Position numbers and translations under genes: made by a program | Assembly: GCA_947085565.1 (NCBI GenBank) | Contig: CAMTWZ010000002.1 | Location: forward strand, 3,921 to 67,920 | Direction of reading: 5' to 3' | Source of the DNA: an uncultured Bacteroidota bacterium | GTDB lineage: Bacteria; Bacteroidota; Rhodothermia; Balneolales; HLUCCA01 | Length of the DNA: 64,000 bases | The notes under the pieces: model-generated | What the model was told of the DNA's origin: nothing | What the model saw: only the letters and a program-made list of their open reading frames with translations | The model's database searches: none | Shown here: piece after piece, positions 53,821-64,000 of the stretch | Numbering within the stretch: the stretch's first letter is position 1 | Layout: each line of letters opens with the position of its first letter

Positions 53821-53897
53821 AGCGAAGGACGTGGGACGTGGGACGTAGAACGAAAGGCGTTTTCGTCCCACGTTTTTCGTCTCACGTCCTTCGTCTT

Positions 53898-54191
53898 ATG
53901 CAACACTCCTCCCTCGAAAAGATCAATGTCATCGCCTCTTTCGCGGCGTTCGTCACCGACAAGCAGAAGCGCCGCCTGGTGCCTCACCGCTTCATGATGC
54001 GCAACGGCGATGTGCACGTGGTGGCCTCGGTTCGCAAGAGTTACACCGAAGTGGTGGGCGATTCCAAACACGTCCATTTCGTGGTAAAAACCAGCGAGAA
54101 CCGCTATTTCGACATCGTGTACGACAGCAAGGAGATGGCCTGGCTTTGCGTGCTGGAGATCGAGGAAGGATTTTTGATAGAGACAAGGTGA
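53898..54191 (+). CDS. Small beta-rich protein upstream of dinB (DUF6504-like)
   Basis: PHRF...V..V...F.V...YFDIVYD...W pattern. Confidence 0.6.
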   Translation: MQHSSLEKINVIASFAAFVTDKQKRRLVPHRFMMRNGDVHVVASVRKSYTEVVGDSKHVHFVVKTSENRYFDIVYDSKEMAWLCVLEIEEGFLIETR

Positions 54192-54302
54192 AAGAGACAA
54201 GGTGAAAGAGACAAGGTGAAAGAGACAAGAGACAAGGAAGAGTTAATTAGGGAGTTCTCTTGTCTCTTGTCTCTTGTCTCTTAACCCTTGTCTCTTGTCT
54301 CT
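54179..54302. repeat. Inverted GAGACAA(GGTGAAA)/TTGTCTC arrays
   Basis: Read directly; same family at 174-202, 1610-1637 and 57452-57483. Confidence 0.9.
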
Positions 54303-54310
54303 GCCCCCTT

Positions 54311-55621
54311 ATGCCTTATGACTTAATTCGGAACGTTCACCGCATCACGCTGTACAACACCATTTCGGCGGGGCAGCAGCATGTGGATTCGCGTCCGAGG
54401 TTGTACCTGCATCTGGACATGAACTGCTTCTACGCTCAGGTGGAGCAGCTGTCGTACGATCTGTACGGCATCCCCATCATCGTGGGCGGGTGGCGCAAGG
54501 AGAACGGCACCGCGCGCGGCATCGTGGCCACATCCAGCTATGAAGCGCGCAAATTGGGCATCAAAACCGCCATGAGCGCGTTCGAAGCCACGCAGATCTG
54601 TCCGTATATCGTGTTCATGCAGGTGCATTATGAGAAGTATCAGGCCATCTCCAAGCAGATCCGCGCCGCGTTGGACACGTTCTCTCCGGATGTGGAAGGC
54701 TATTCGATGGATGAGTTTTTCTTGGATGTGACCCATTGGCGCAAGTTTTCGCCGCAGGAGATCGGTCGGCTGGCCGACGAGGTCAAGAACACCGTGTACC
54801 GGCAGACCGGCCTCATCAGCTCCGTCGGCGTCTCGTTCTCCAAGACCTACGCCAAGCTCGCTTCCGACCTTCGCAAACCGAACGGCCGCGTCTTGGTGCT
54901 CACCGACGACGATGCCCGCGCCTTGCTGCATCCGCTCCAACTCAAAGAGGTCTGGGGTGTGGGTTCCAAGCGCTTCGCGAAGCTTCAAGCCCGCGGATTG
55001 TCCACCATCGCCGATGCCATCAGTCAGGGTCCGGGTGCGTTCATCGACCTCTTCGGCGCCTACTTCGGGAAGATGCTGTTCGAAACCGTTGCTGGGCAAG
55101 ATCGGGCCAAGGTGGTGGACCCCGCCGAGCACGTTCCCAAGGAAATCAGCTACATGCACACCTTCTCCGACTGGACCAATGACCCCCTCCAGATCGAAGG
55201 CGAGATCAACAAGGCTGTGACCCAACTCTGCTACCGTATGCGTGGTTACGATCGCAAAGCCATCAAATATGCGGGCTACATCCGGTTTCAGGACATCGGC
55301 TGGAAAGGCGTCTCTTTCGTGTTCAACACGCCCGGGCACACCAATCTCGACGATTACGTGCTGGATGGATGTCTTCGGGGCGCCATGCCATTGGTGCACC
55401 GTTTCCTGAAAGAAGGGATGAGGATCCGCGGCATCGGGCTGCATACCATCGAACTGACGATGGGTCGGCAGACCGATCTCTTTTTCCGCGAAGACGAGAA
55501 AATCGCCGGCTTATACCAAGCCATCGACGGAATCAACAACCGCTATGGAATCGATACGATCATCCGCGCCGCCAATGAGCACGACGTGAGTGGAAAGACG
55601 CATTTTTTTGAAAGGGGATGA
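54311..55621 (+). CDS. dinB: Y-family DNA polymerase IV
   Basis: HLDMNCFYAQVE, SYEAR, SMDE, AKLASDLRKPNG. Confidence 0.9.
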   Translation: MPYDLIRNVHRITLYNTISAGQQHVDSRPRLYLHLDMNCFYAQVEQLSYDLYGIPIIVGGWRKENGTARGIVATSSYEARKLGIKTAMSAFEATQICPYIVFMQVHYEKYQAISKQIRAALDTFSPDVEGYSMDEFFLDVTHWRKFSPQEIGRLADEVKNTVYRQTGLISSVGVSFSKTYAKLASDLRKPNGRVLVLTDDDARALLHPLQLKEVWGVGSKRFAKLQARGLSTIADAISQGPGAFIDLFGAYFGKMLFETVAGQDRAKVVDPAEHVPKEISYMHTFSDWTNDPLQIEGEINKAVTQLCYRMRGYDRKAIKYAGYIRFQDIGWKGVSFVFNTPGHTNLDDYVLDGCLRGAMPLVHRFLKEGMRIRGIGLHTIELTMGRQTDLFFREDEKIAGLYQAIDGINNRYGIDTIIRAANEHDVSGKTHFFERG

Positions 55622-55623
55622 TC

Positions 55624-55684
55624 CGTAGGCGGTAGACCGTAGACCGTAGGTCGGTCTTCCCGGTCTACGGTCTACGACCCACGG
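55624..55684. repeat. Inverted AGACCGT/ACGGTCT heptamer hairpin between convergent genes
   Basis: Read directly; possible terminator. Confidence 0.75.
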
Positions 55685-55685
55685 T

Positions 55686-57311
55686 TTACCAGAATACCGT
55701 GTACAAAAGTGCCAGAACCACCATCAGCACATACGATCCGATGGCGAAGCCTTTGGTGGTGCGGAAGGTTTCCGAGGTGAGGCGGATGGCCTTCTCGTCG
55801 TCGTCATCCGGATTGGTGGTGAGGCTGATGCCCACCATCAGTACCATGGTCAGAATGGCGGTGTAGAACATCTGGTCGAGGAAAGGAAGCGCCACGGCCG
55901 GAAGCTTGAGCAGGAAGGCGATGAAGATGGAGGCGATCACACCGATCACTGCGGCTTTGGCGGTGGTTTTTTTCCAGAACAGACCCATCAGGAACACAGC
56001 CAGAATACCCGGACTCACCAACCCCGTGTATTCCTGGATGTATTGGAAGATCTGGGCTTGTCCGGCGAGAAGCGGTGCGATGACACTGGCGACGACCAAA
56101 GCGACCGCGGCCGTGGTGCGACCCGTGAACAGCATCTGCTTGTCGGTAGCATCGGGACGGATGTACGCTTGGTAGATATCCATCGTGAAGATGGTGGATA
56201 CCGAGTTGAGCATGGATGCCAACGATGAGACGATGGCGGCCACAAGAGCGGCGATCACCAAGCCTTTGAGTCCGGCTGGAATGAAACTCTTCACCAGCCA
56301 AGGGTAGGAATTGTCATACTGGATGCTTCCGTCGCTGTTCAGAAACGCGCCCTGAACCCCATCGATCACAGCGGTGCCTTCAGGTGCGGTGAACATCACA
56401 TAGGCGATGATGCCCGGAACCACGACGAGAATCGGAAGGATCATTTTGAGTCCGGCCGCGAAAAGAAGTCCTTTTTGGGCTTCCTGCAGAGATTTTGCGG
56501 CCAGCGCGCGCTGGATGATGTATTGGTTGAAGCCCCAGTAGTACACGTTGGCAACCCACATGCCCCCGATCAGCACGCCGATGCCGGGAAGGTTGGAGAA
56601 CTGGGGATGATCTTTGGGCAGAATCATGTGGAACTTGTCGCCGGCCACATCCATCATGTGTGTGAACCCCGCCAATACGCCGCCATTGGGCGTGAGAGCG
56701 TCAAGGGCAATGAAGCAGGTGAGCAGGCCGCCGATGACGAGAAGAACGACTTGGACCACATCCGTCCAGGCCACCGCAGCCAAGCCGCCATAGAGCGAAT
56801 ACGAGGCCGCGAGCACTCCGAGGAAGATGATGCCCGGAATCACATAGGATCCGTCGCCGATGCCGACGATGGTGTCGATGGCTTTGGAACCCAGATACAG
56901 CACCGAAGTCAGATTCACGAAGATGAACAGCGCGATCCAGAACACGGCGAGGATGGTTTTGAGCGTGCCGTTGAACCGTTGCTCGATGAATTGGGGGATG
57001 GTGTACAAGCCTTTCTCGATGAAGATCGGGAGCAAGAATTTGGCCACGAGGATGAGTGTGAGAGCGGCCATCCATTCATAGGAGGCGATGGCCAACCCGA
57101 TGGCGAAACCTGAACCCGACATGCCGATGAACTGCTCGGCGGAGATGTTCGCAGCGATGAGCGAGGCGCCGATGGCCCACCAGGGCAGCGTCTTACCGGC
57201 GAGGAAATAATCGTTGGCGTTGGTCTGGTGACCTTTCTTGGTGCGGGATACCCACAATCCCAATCCGATGATGGTCAGGATGTAAAGGGTGAAAATGACG
57301 ATGTCAATCAT
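55686..57311 (-). CDS. Sodium:solute (sugar) symporter, SSS family
   Basis: DYFLAG, ANISAEQFIG, GGLAAVAWTD, NQYIIQR. Confidence 0.93.
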   Translation of the reverse strand: MIDIVIFTLYILTIIGLGLWVSRTKKGHQTNANDYFLAGKTLPWWAIGASLIAANISAEQFIGMSGSGFAIGLAIASYEWMAALTLILVAKFLLPIFIEKGLYTIPQFIEQRFNGTLKTILAVFWIALFIFVNLTSVLYLGSKAIDTIVGIGDGSYVIPGIIFLGVLAASYSLYGGLAAVAWTDVVQVVLLVIGGLLTCFIALDALTPNGGVLAGFTHMMDVAGDKFHMILPKDHPQFSNLPGIGVLIGGMWVANVYYWGFNQYIIQRALAAKSLQEAQKGLLFAAGLKMILPILVVVPGIIAYVMFTAPEGTAVIDGVQGAFLNSDGSIQYDNSYPWLVKSFIPAGLKGLVIAALVAAIVSSLASMLNSVSTIFTMDIYQAYIRPDATDKQMLFTGRTTAAVALVVASVIAPLLAGQAQIFQYIQEYTGLVSPGILAVFLMGLFWKKTTAKAAVIGVIASIFIAFLLKLPAVALPFLDQMFYTAILTMVLMVGISLTTNPDDDDEKAIRLTSETFRTTKGFAIGSYVLMVVLALLYTVFW

Positions 57312-57321
57312 GGTGATTTTG

Positions 57322-57483
57322 GTGCGAAGTGCGATGGGTGAGGTGCGAGGTTCGAATCGCAATGTATGGAAAAAGTACGTGGACCGTGGACCGTAGACCG
57401 GAAATAGGAAATCAGGAATCGGAAATCAGGAATCGGAAATCGAACTATCTTTCTTGTCTCTTGTCTCTTGTCTCTTGTCTCTC
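57322..57483. repeat. Stacked heptamer arrays (GTGCGAN, GGACCGT, GGAAATC, TTGTCTC) in a divergent region
   Basis: Read directly. Confidence 0.85.
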
Positions 57484-57502
57484 AACCCTTGCCTCTATCC
57501 CC

Positions 57503-58171
57503 GTGTGCGGCCGATACACCTTCTTCACCACTCAAGATGATCTCGAAGCCTACTTCGAGGCGCTGGTCTCGCAGCAGGGATCCATTTTCCCGAATTACAA
57601 TGTGACCCCTGGCGCTAAGATGCCGGTGGTGGCCATCGGTCGCGACAAGGCGCCTGTGATTCCGATCTTCCGATGGGGACTGATTCCTTCCTGGGCCAAG
57701 GAAGCCTCGATCGGATACAAGATGATCAATGCCCGCCGCGAAACGCTTCATGAGAAACCCGCATTCAGCCGCTTGCTGGAACGACGTAGATGCCTGATTC
57801 CGACGAACGGATTCTTCGAATGGAAACCCGACGACAAGGCCAAGGAACCGGTGTACATCCATCAGCCCGGAAACGGAATCATGCCCTTCGCCGGAGTATG
57901 GGATCGCTGGAAGTCGCCCACGGGCGAAGATGTGTTCTCTTACAGCATCATCACGACGGAGGCGGATGAATCGATGTCGCACTGGCATCACCGGATGCCG
58001 GTAGTGCTACCGAAATCGCGTCACAAGGATTGGCTTGACGACGCCATTTCGGTGCGCGACCATCTGGATATGCTTCTCGACTGCGATACGTCGCGCCTCA
58101 TCCTGACTCCGGCCGACAAACGCCTAAACAAACCTTCCGAGAACGACTCAAGAATAATACCCCTTGAATAA
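57503..58171 (+). CDS. SOS response-associated peptidase (SRAP/YedK)
   Basis: GTG start giving MCGRY, WGLIP, INARRE, GFFEW, HHRMP. Confidence 0.92.
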   Translation: MCGRYTFFTTQDDLEAYFEALVSQQGSIFPNYNVTPGAKMPVVAIGRDKAPVIPIFRWGLIPSWAKEASIGYKMINARRETLHEKPAFSRLLERRRCLIPTNGFFEWKPDDKAKEPVYIHQPGNGIMPFAGVWDRWKSPTGEDVFSYSIITTEADESMSHWHHRMPVVLPKSRHKDWLDDAISVRDHLDMLLDCDTSRLILTPADKRLNKPSENDSRIIPLE

Positions 58172-58846
58172 GACGTCCAATTCATCGAGCAGTCCGTCTT
58201 CGATGGTGATCGCGGTGTATTGAGCCATGCAATTCAGTACCACGAGGGCGTTCACATTGGCATCTTCCTCGAAATGGGCTCGCATCCGATTGCTCATGGC
58301 ATGGTTCACATCCGAAACGGATTCATAAATGTCCATGAGTCCGGAGAGGTCGTAGCGGGTATCCAATCCTTTCCGTTCGCGCACATGCTGCGACAGGATG
58401 TACATGGATACGGCCCGATACAGGTTTTCGCGTAATGAAGCGAAGGGCAGATGGGTCCGAACCATGGGCCTGAGTTTGTCGAGGATCGGACATCCGCTGC
58501 TGGCCATGATGATTCCCAATAATGCCCCGAGTCCTTCCTGAACACCGCATTCCTTGATGTAGGTACGCTCTTCTGTGCGGATGGCGACCACCGCGTTCCG
58601 GTGCGAAACCGTGTCTTTGAACAAGTCCGACACATGGACCAGATTCACAGCTACCGGACAATACGTCGTGGTTTCCTTGGAGAGCGGGCAGCTCGGGCAT
58701 TGCAGATACTCCAAGCGCGTCCATTCAGGCAGATCGCTGGGCGGAGGATTCTTGAACGACAGATCCACATCGTCGAGCGAGACATCCATTCCGATCCGAC
58801 TGCCATCATCAAACGAAAAGGAGTAATGATAGGTGCTTGTCGACAT
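58148..58846 (-). CDS. Conserved hypothetical protein (DUF6901-like)
   Basis: PEWTRL..QCPSCPL...CP, MASSGCP, HLPFA. Confidence 0.7.
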   Translation of the reverse strand: MSTSTYHYSFSFDDGSRIGMDVSLDDVDLSFKNPPPSDLPEWTRLEYLQCPSCPLSKETTTYCPVAVNLVHVSDLFKDTVSHRNAVVAIRTEERTYIKECGVQEGLGALLGIIMASSGCPILDKLRPMVRTHLPFASLRENLYRAVSMYILSQHVRERKGLDTRYDLSGLMDIYESVSDVNHAMSNRMRAHFEEDANVNALVVLNCMAQYTAITIEDGLLDELDVLFKGYYS

Positions 58847-58849
58847 GCG

Positions 58850-59866
58850 TTAACGCACCACCCAGGTTTCGTCACCTTCCAGCAATTTGTCCAGATTCGG
58901 TGCGCCATAACGCTGTTTGGCGGCGGACATCTGCGCGGCGACTTGCTTGTCGTAGGCTTCGCGCTTGTTTTCGTAAAGCACACCGAATGGACGTGGAAGT
59001 CCGTCTTCGTTGCCTACGGTAAAGAAACGCGACAATATGTAGGCTTTCACCGCATCGTGTTCATCGTGGATCCACAGGTCATCGGCGGAAACGTCATCGG
59101 CCAGCTCTACCACTTCCGGGCGCAAGCCGACCAAACGCACACCCTTGTCGTTGTTCTCACCGAAAATCATCGGTTTGCCATGCTCCAGATACAGCGCGGA
59201 TGCGGGTCGGGTCTGTTTGTCGGTGTAGAGTTCGAACGCCCCATCATTGAACACCACGCAATTCTGATAGATCTCCAAGAATGATGTCCCTTCGTGCTGG
59301 GCGCTGCGCAGCAGCATCTGATTGAGGTGTTTCGGATCGCGGTCCATCGCGCGGGCCACGAATCCGGAGTCGGCGCCAAGCGCCAGCGCCAGAGGATTGA
59401 ACGGGTGATCGAGAGATCCCAGCGGGGTGGATTTCGTGACCGAACCCTGTTTCGAGGTCGGTGAATACTGGCCTTTGGTGAGACCGTAAATCTCGTTGTT
59501 GAACAGCAGCACGTTCATGTCCACATTCCGCCGGAGCAGATGGATGATGTGGTTGCCGCCGATGGAGAGCGCATCGCCGTCGCCCGTCACCATCCAGATG
59601 CTCAAATCGGGACGGGAGATTTTGAGTCCGGTGGCGATGGCCGGAGCCCGACCATGGATGGTGTGCATACCATAGGTGTTCATGTAATAGGGAAATCGGC
59701 TCGAGCAACCGATTCCCGCCACAAACACGATGTTCTCGCGCGGTACTCCCAACTCTGGCATCACCGACTGCACTTGTTTGAGGATGGTGTAATCGCCGCA
59801 ACCGGGGCACCAACGCACATCCTGATCGGATGCGAAATCTTTGCTGGTTAGTGTGGTGGTTTCCAT
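58850..59866 (-). CDS. korB: 2-oxoacid:ferredoxin oxidoreductase beta subunit
   Basis: WCPGCGD, GIGCSSR, GDGD, YGLTKGQYSPT. Confidence 0.93.
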   Translation of the reverse strand: METTTLTSKDFASDQDVRWCPGCGDYTILKQVQSVMPELGVPRENIVFVAGIGCSSRFPYYMNTYGMHTIHGRAPAIATGLKISRPDLSIWMVTGDGDALSIGGNHIIHLLRRNVDMNVLLFNNEIYGLTKGQYSPTSKQGSVTKSTPLGSLDHPFNPLALALGADSGFVARAMDRDPKHLNQMLLRSAQHEGTSFLEIYQNCVVFNDGAFELYTDKQTRPASALYLEHGKPMIFGENNDKGVRLVGLRPEVVELADDVSADDLWIHDEHDAVKAYILSRFFTVGNEDGLPRPFGVLYENKREAYDKQVAAQMSAAKQRYGAPNLDKLLEGDETWVVR

Positions 59867-61713
59867 CAGATCACCTCGCTGATAAATGCGTTCTTAAGTT
59901 CTTCGACGGTGAAGGGCACTCCTCTCACTCGGTTGTAGCCTTTGGCTGGCACCATGTATTGGTCGCGTAGCAGACGTACAAGCTGGCCGTTGTTGATTTC
60001 GGGAACCAGGATTTTCTTGAATCGACTCATGATCTCGCCCAAGTTCCGCGGAAAGGGAGCCAGATGGCGGATGTGGATCTGCGAGATCTTGTGTCCTTCG
60101 GATCGGGCTTCCATCACGGCTTGTTTGATGGAGCCGAATGTGCCACCCCATCCGATCACAAGAAGATCTCCGGTCGGGTCGCCTTCTTCGATTTCGAGAA
60201 GGGGGAGCCGATCGGCCACGGCATTGCGCTTGTTTTCGCGCATCATGGTCATGAAATGGTGGTTGTCGGAATCGTAACTGATGTTACCCGTGCCATGCTC
60301 TTTTTCCAATCCGCCGATGCGGTGCTCGAGTCCGCGGGTTCCGGGCAATGCCCATGGCCGCACATGGAACTCGTTCCGGCTGTAGGGCATGAAGGGAGCG
60401 TCGTCTTCTTTGCGCGGTTTGGAGAATTCGACCGTGATTGGAGACAGTTCGGCGGTTGTAGGGAATTTCCAGGGCTCCGCGCCGTTGGCGATGTAGCCGT
60501 CGGAGAGGAACATCACCGGAATCATGTGTTCGGCGGCGATCTGGCAGGCTTGGTACACGATGTCGAAACAGTCGGCCGGGGATGCGGGCGCCACGACCAC
60601 GACCGGACACTCGCCGGCGCGTCCATACACCGCTTGCAGCAAGTCGGCCTGCTCGGTTTTTGTGGGCATTCCCGTGCTCGGACCTGCTCGCTGCACGTTG
60701 ATCACCACCAAAGGCAGTTCATACATGGTGGCCAGGGCGATGGCTTCGGTTTTGAGAGCCACACCGGGTCCCGAGCTCGTGGTGATGGCCAAACTTCCAC
60801 CATAGGCCGCACCGATGGCGGAAGTGACCGCCGCGATTTCGTCTTCAGCCTGAAATGTGGTGATTCCGAAATGCTTCAGCTTCGACAGACCGTGAAGAAT
60901 GTCGGACGCCGGAGTGATCGGGTAAGAGCCGAGGAAGACTGGCAGTTTCGAGGTTTGTCCGGCAGCGGCGATGCCCAACACCGTGGCTTCGTTGCCCGTG
61001 ATGTTGCGATAGGTGCCGGGCTGGATGCTGGCCGGCTCGAGCATGTAGCGCTCGGAAAACAGTTGCGTGGCATTGCCGAAGGTGAAACCGTCTTTCAAGG
61101 CCTTGATGTTGGCATCGGCCAGATCCAGACGCTTTGAGAATTTCTTGCTCAGGAAATCGATCGTCGGTTCCAACGATCGGCTGTACAGCCAATACACGAT
61201 GCCCAGAACGAACATGTTCTTGCATCGGTCGATGTCTTTGACGGTGAGTCCGGATTCGGCGAGACTCGCCCGGGTGAGTTTGGTCACATCCACCGGAACC
61301 ACGGTGTAGCCGGTGGTTTGAACCTCGTGCAAAGGATCGGCTTCGGGAGAGTACTTCGCCAGCGACAAATCTTTTTTACCGAATCCGTCGATGTTGGCGA
61401 TGATGATGCCACCTGCGCGCAGATGTTTGATGTTGGCTTTGAGAGCGGCGGCGTTCATGGCCACAAGCACATCGCAGGAATCGCCTGGTGAGTGGATGGC
61501 TCTGCTGCCGAACTGGATCTGGAAGCCGGAAACGCCGGCCACCGTGCCCGCCGGAGCGCGGATTTCAGCGGGAAAATCTGGGAATGTGCTGAGGTCGTTA
61601 CCTAACAGAGCGGTGGTGTTTGTGAACTGGGATCCGGTTAGTTGCATGCCGTCTCCGGAATCGCCAGCGAACCGGATGGTCGCTGTCTCCCGGGCAATCT
61701 GCGCGTGGCTCAT
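59866..61713 (-). CDS. korA: 2-oxoacid:acceptor oxidoreductase alpha subunit
   Basis: AGDSGDG, YPITPAS, QAEDEI, SGPG, GPSTGMPT. Confidence 0.93.
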   Translation of the reverse strand: MSHAQIARETATIRFAGDSGDGMQLTGSQFTNTTALLGNDLSTFPDFPAEIRAPAGTVAGVSGFQIQFGSRAIHSPGDSCDVLVAMNAAALKANIKHLRAGGIIIANIDGFGKKDLSLAKYSPEADPLHEVQTTGYTVVPVDVTKLTRASLAESGLTVKDIDRCKNMFVLGIVYWLYSRSLEPTIDFLSKKFSKRLDLADANIKALKDGFTFGNATQLFSERYMLEPASIQPGTYRNITGNEATVLGIAAAGQTSKLPVFLGSYPITPASDILHGLSKLKHFGITTFQAEDEIAAVTSAIGAAYGGSLAITTSSGPGVALKTEAIALATMYELPLVVINVQRAGPSTGMPTKTEQADLLQAVYGRAGECPVVVVAPASPADCFDIVYQACQIAAEHMIPVMFLSDGYIANGAEPWKFPTTAELSPITVEFSKPRKEDDAPFMPYSRNEFHVRPWALPGTRGLEHRIGGLEKEHGTGNISYDSDNHHFMTMMRENKRNAVADRLPLLEIEEGDPTGDLLVIGWGGTFGSIKQAVMEARSEGHKISQIHIRHLAPFPRNLGEIMSRFKKILVPEINNGQLVRLLRDQYMVPAKGYNRVRGVPFTVEELKNAFISEVI

Positions 61714-61775
61714 GGTGCCAAAGTTTAGGTGGTTACATACCGCATAATAACCATGAATCCTCTATCTTGGCAAAG

Positions 61776-63293
61776 ATGAAACATGCTTTGTTGCAGGACG
61801 CCCTCGCGTTCCTGACCGGTACCACCGGCGCCATTCTGATCTTGCTCATCTATGCGGTAGGCGTGTTCATCATCACCGCCTATTCGGTGATGCAATTTCA
61901 TCTTCTCTACCTGCATTTCAAGCTCCGACGTCGCGCCGATTGCCATCCATCGCTGCCGGTACCCAGTGATTCAGACTGGCCCATGGTCACTGTTCAGATT
62001 CCGATGTACAACGAGCGTTATGTGGCCGCCGATGTGATCAAAGCCTGCGCCGAGTTGGAGTATCCGCGCGACCGGTTCGAAATCCAGGTTCTCGACGACT
62101 CCACCGACGATACCAGCGCCATCATCGACGACTGCGCCGAATATTGGAAATCGAATGGGGTGGATGTGAGTGTGCTGCGGCGCCCGGAGCGGGTCGGATA
62201 CAAAGCCGGCGCCCTCGCCCATGCCACACCTCTGGCGAAGGGCTCCATCCTGTCGATCTTCGACGCTGATTTTCGTCCACAAGCCGATTTCCTGCGCCGA
62301 ACCGTACCCTATTTCATGGATCCGGCCGTAGGCATGGTGCAAGCCCGTTGGGGGCACATCAATCGGAATTACTCGTTGCTCACCCGGGCGCAAAGCCTGC
62401 TGCACGATGCGTTTTTCCTGGTGGAGCAACAAACCCGCCATTTGGCAGGGCTGTTCATCCGTTTCAACGGCTCGGCCGGGTTGTGGCGCAAAACCGCGAT
62501 TCTGGATTCCGGTGGATGGCAGCACGACACCATATCCGAAGACATGGATCTTTGTCTGCGCGGCCAGTTGAGGGGCTGGAAGTTCCTCTTTGTCAAGGAT
62601 GTGGTGGCGCCGGCGGAATTGCCCGTCACCATGCACGATTACAAAGTGCAGCAATACCGATGGGTGAAGGGTCGCATCCAGGTGGTGCGGAAAATCCTGC
62701 CGATGTTGTGGAAATCCGACTTCAAGCCCATGGTCAAAGCCCACGCCATGCACGACATGCTCAATGTGTTTGTGATTCCCAGTGCCTTGCTGATCGGCAT
62801 TTCCAGCCTCTGGTTCCTGATGGCACTCGACCGAAATCCTTGGATGATGGCTTGGGTGCTTGCCTTCGGTATTTCCCAGATCAATGTCGTCTTGTTTCCG
62901 ATGATGGCTTGGCTCGCTTTGCGGACCTACGGAGTGACCTTCGCCGGAACCCTTCGTGAATTCGGCAGACAGTTCCTCCCCTTCCTGATCCTGATGATCG
63001 GATCATCACTGATGATGTGTACCGCGATTGTGGCGGGATTCACAAAAAGCAAGCCCATTTTCCACCGAACCGCCAAGTATAACATCGTGAGTCGCACGGA
63101 TACCTGGCGATCGAAAGTCTATTCACCGAAACAGATTCCAGCCCTCACATGGTTCGAAGGCGCATTCGCTTTGTATTTTTGCGGAGCCGTTCTGTTTGAT
63201 GTGGTCACATCGACGTATGGTTTTCTACCATTCCATACATCCATGTCGCTCGGATTCGCTATCATGTTCACGGCTTCCATTCTCAAATCCTGA
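61776..63293 (+). CDS. Membrane glycosyltransferase family 2 (cellulose-synthase-like)
   Basis: VLDDSTD, GYKAGAL, FDAD, SEDMD, QQYRW. Confidence 0.9.
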   Translation: MKHALLQDALAFLTGTTGAILILLIYAVGVFIITAYSVMQFHLLYLHFKLRRRADCHPSLPVPSDSDWPMVTVQIPMYNERYVAADVIKACAELEYPRDRFEIQVLDDSTDDTSAIIDDCAEYWKSNGVDVSVLRRPERVGYKAGALAHATPLAKGSILSIFDADFRPQADFLRRTVPYFMDPAVGMVQARWGHINRNYSLLTRAQSLLHDAFFLVEQQTRHLAGLFIRFNGSAGLWRKTAILDSGGWQHDTISEDMDLCLRGQLRGWKFLFVKDVVAPAELPVTMHDYKVQQYRWVKGRIQVVRKILPMLWKSDFKPMVKAHAMHDMLNVFVIPSALLIGISSLWFLMALDRNPWMMAWVLAFGISQINVVLFPMMAWLALRTYGVTFAGTLREFGRQFLPFLILMIGSSLMMCTAIVAGFTKSKPIFHRTAKYNIVSRTDTWRSKVYSPKQIPALTWFEGAFALYFCGAVLFDVVTSTYGFLPFHTSMSLGFAIMFTASILKS

Positions 63294-63296
63294 TCA

Positions 63297-64000
63297 ATGT
63301 TTGATTTCATCGCCTCTTGGAATTGGTTCGATTGGCTCATCGGCACATGGGTCTGTTTTTACTTCGTGTTGATGTGGTTCCTCGTGCTCGGACTTTCCCG
63401 GTTGAAGCGCTCCGTGCGTTTAGCTGATGAGGATTGCATGCCGGTTACCGTTCTGGTGAGCGCACGCAATGAAGAGCAGGATCTGCAGAAATGCCTGGAT
63501 GCCTTGGTGAGATTGGATTATCCGGCAGACAAGCTTCAAGTGATCTTGGTGAACGATTTTTCGACCGATTCCACCGGCGACATCATGGAGAGGGTGGCAC
63601 GGGAGCATGCGAATATCCTGGTGTTGCATTCCGATGCGATGCCACCCAACGGACTTGAGGCGAAGGCGCGCGGCATCGCGAACGGATTTACCCGAGCCAC
63701 CGGCGAATGGGTGATCATCACCGATGCCGATGCGTCGGTGCATCCGCAATGGATCCGCAACACGCTCGGCCGGGTGACGCCCGAAACCGGCATGGCTGGC
63801 GGGTCGCTCGTGGTACGGGCCGATTCGTGGTTTGGGGTGATCGAACGCGTCTCCTGGGGCTTCGTCCAGATGTTCAACATGGGAATGGCCGGTTGGGGAG
63901 TGCCATTCGTCTGCCTCGGACCGAATATGGCGATCCGCCGCTCCGTCTATGAAAAAGCGGGTGGGCTGCAGAATGTGAAATTCAAAGTCGCCGAAGATCT
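63297..64000 (+). CDS. Glycosyltransferase family 2, runs off the window end
   Basis: Hand translation: VSARNEE, NDFSTD, TDAD, VAED. Confidence 0.85.
   Translation, partial: MFDFIASWNWFDWLIGTWVCFYFVLMWFLVLGLSRLKRSVRLADEDCMPVTVLVSARNEEQDLQKCLDALVRLDYPADKLQVILVNDFSTDSTGDIMERVAREHANILVLHSDAMPPNGLEAKARGIANGFTRATGEWVIITDADASVHPQWIRNTLGRVTPETGMAGGSLVVRADSWFGVIERVSWGFVQMFNMGMAGWGVPFVCLGPNMAIRRSVYEKAGGLQNVKFKVAED

Overview
64 kb of bacterial chromosome, probably FCB group (Balneolota/Rhodothermota-like, inferred from a T9SS sorting domain, Bacteroidota-type TAnnTTTG-like promoter boxes and a monomeric IDH). In order it holds: a surface-glycan cluster (rfbB, rfbA, rfbC, glycosyltransferases, an exosortase, pcm, galE, DUF368); a pilin-like gene triplet; icd; a decayed defence islet beside tRNA-Ile2 (HipBA remnant, AbiF/Abi_2 HEPN gene with an upstream abiF-like RNA, orphan hsdM); a REP-associated tyrosine transposase; a large signalling block with poly-GAF histidine kinases; a T9SS protein/S74 fibre/two-component locus with a thrice-repeated 20-bp operator-like motif; a small-ORF + dinB cassette near a SRAP gene; korAB; and GT2 genes. 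The most striking signal is repeat architecture. Many different 7/8/14-bp tandem-repeat families occur as inverted pairs that tightly bracket single genes (four-helix-bundle gene, pcm, exosortase) or almost nothing. The same repeats and REP palindromes are also inserted in-frame in many proteins, including the same HisKA loop of three paralogous kinases. All family assignments come from motif recognition by eye; no database searches were run.
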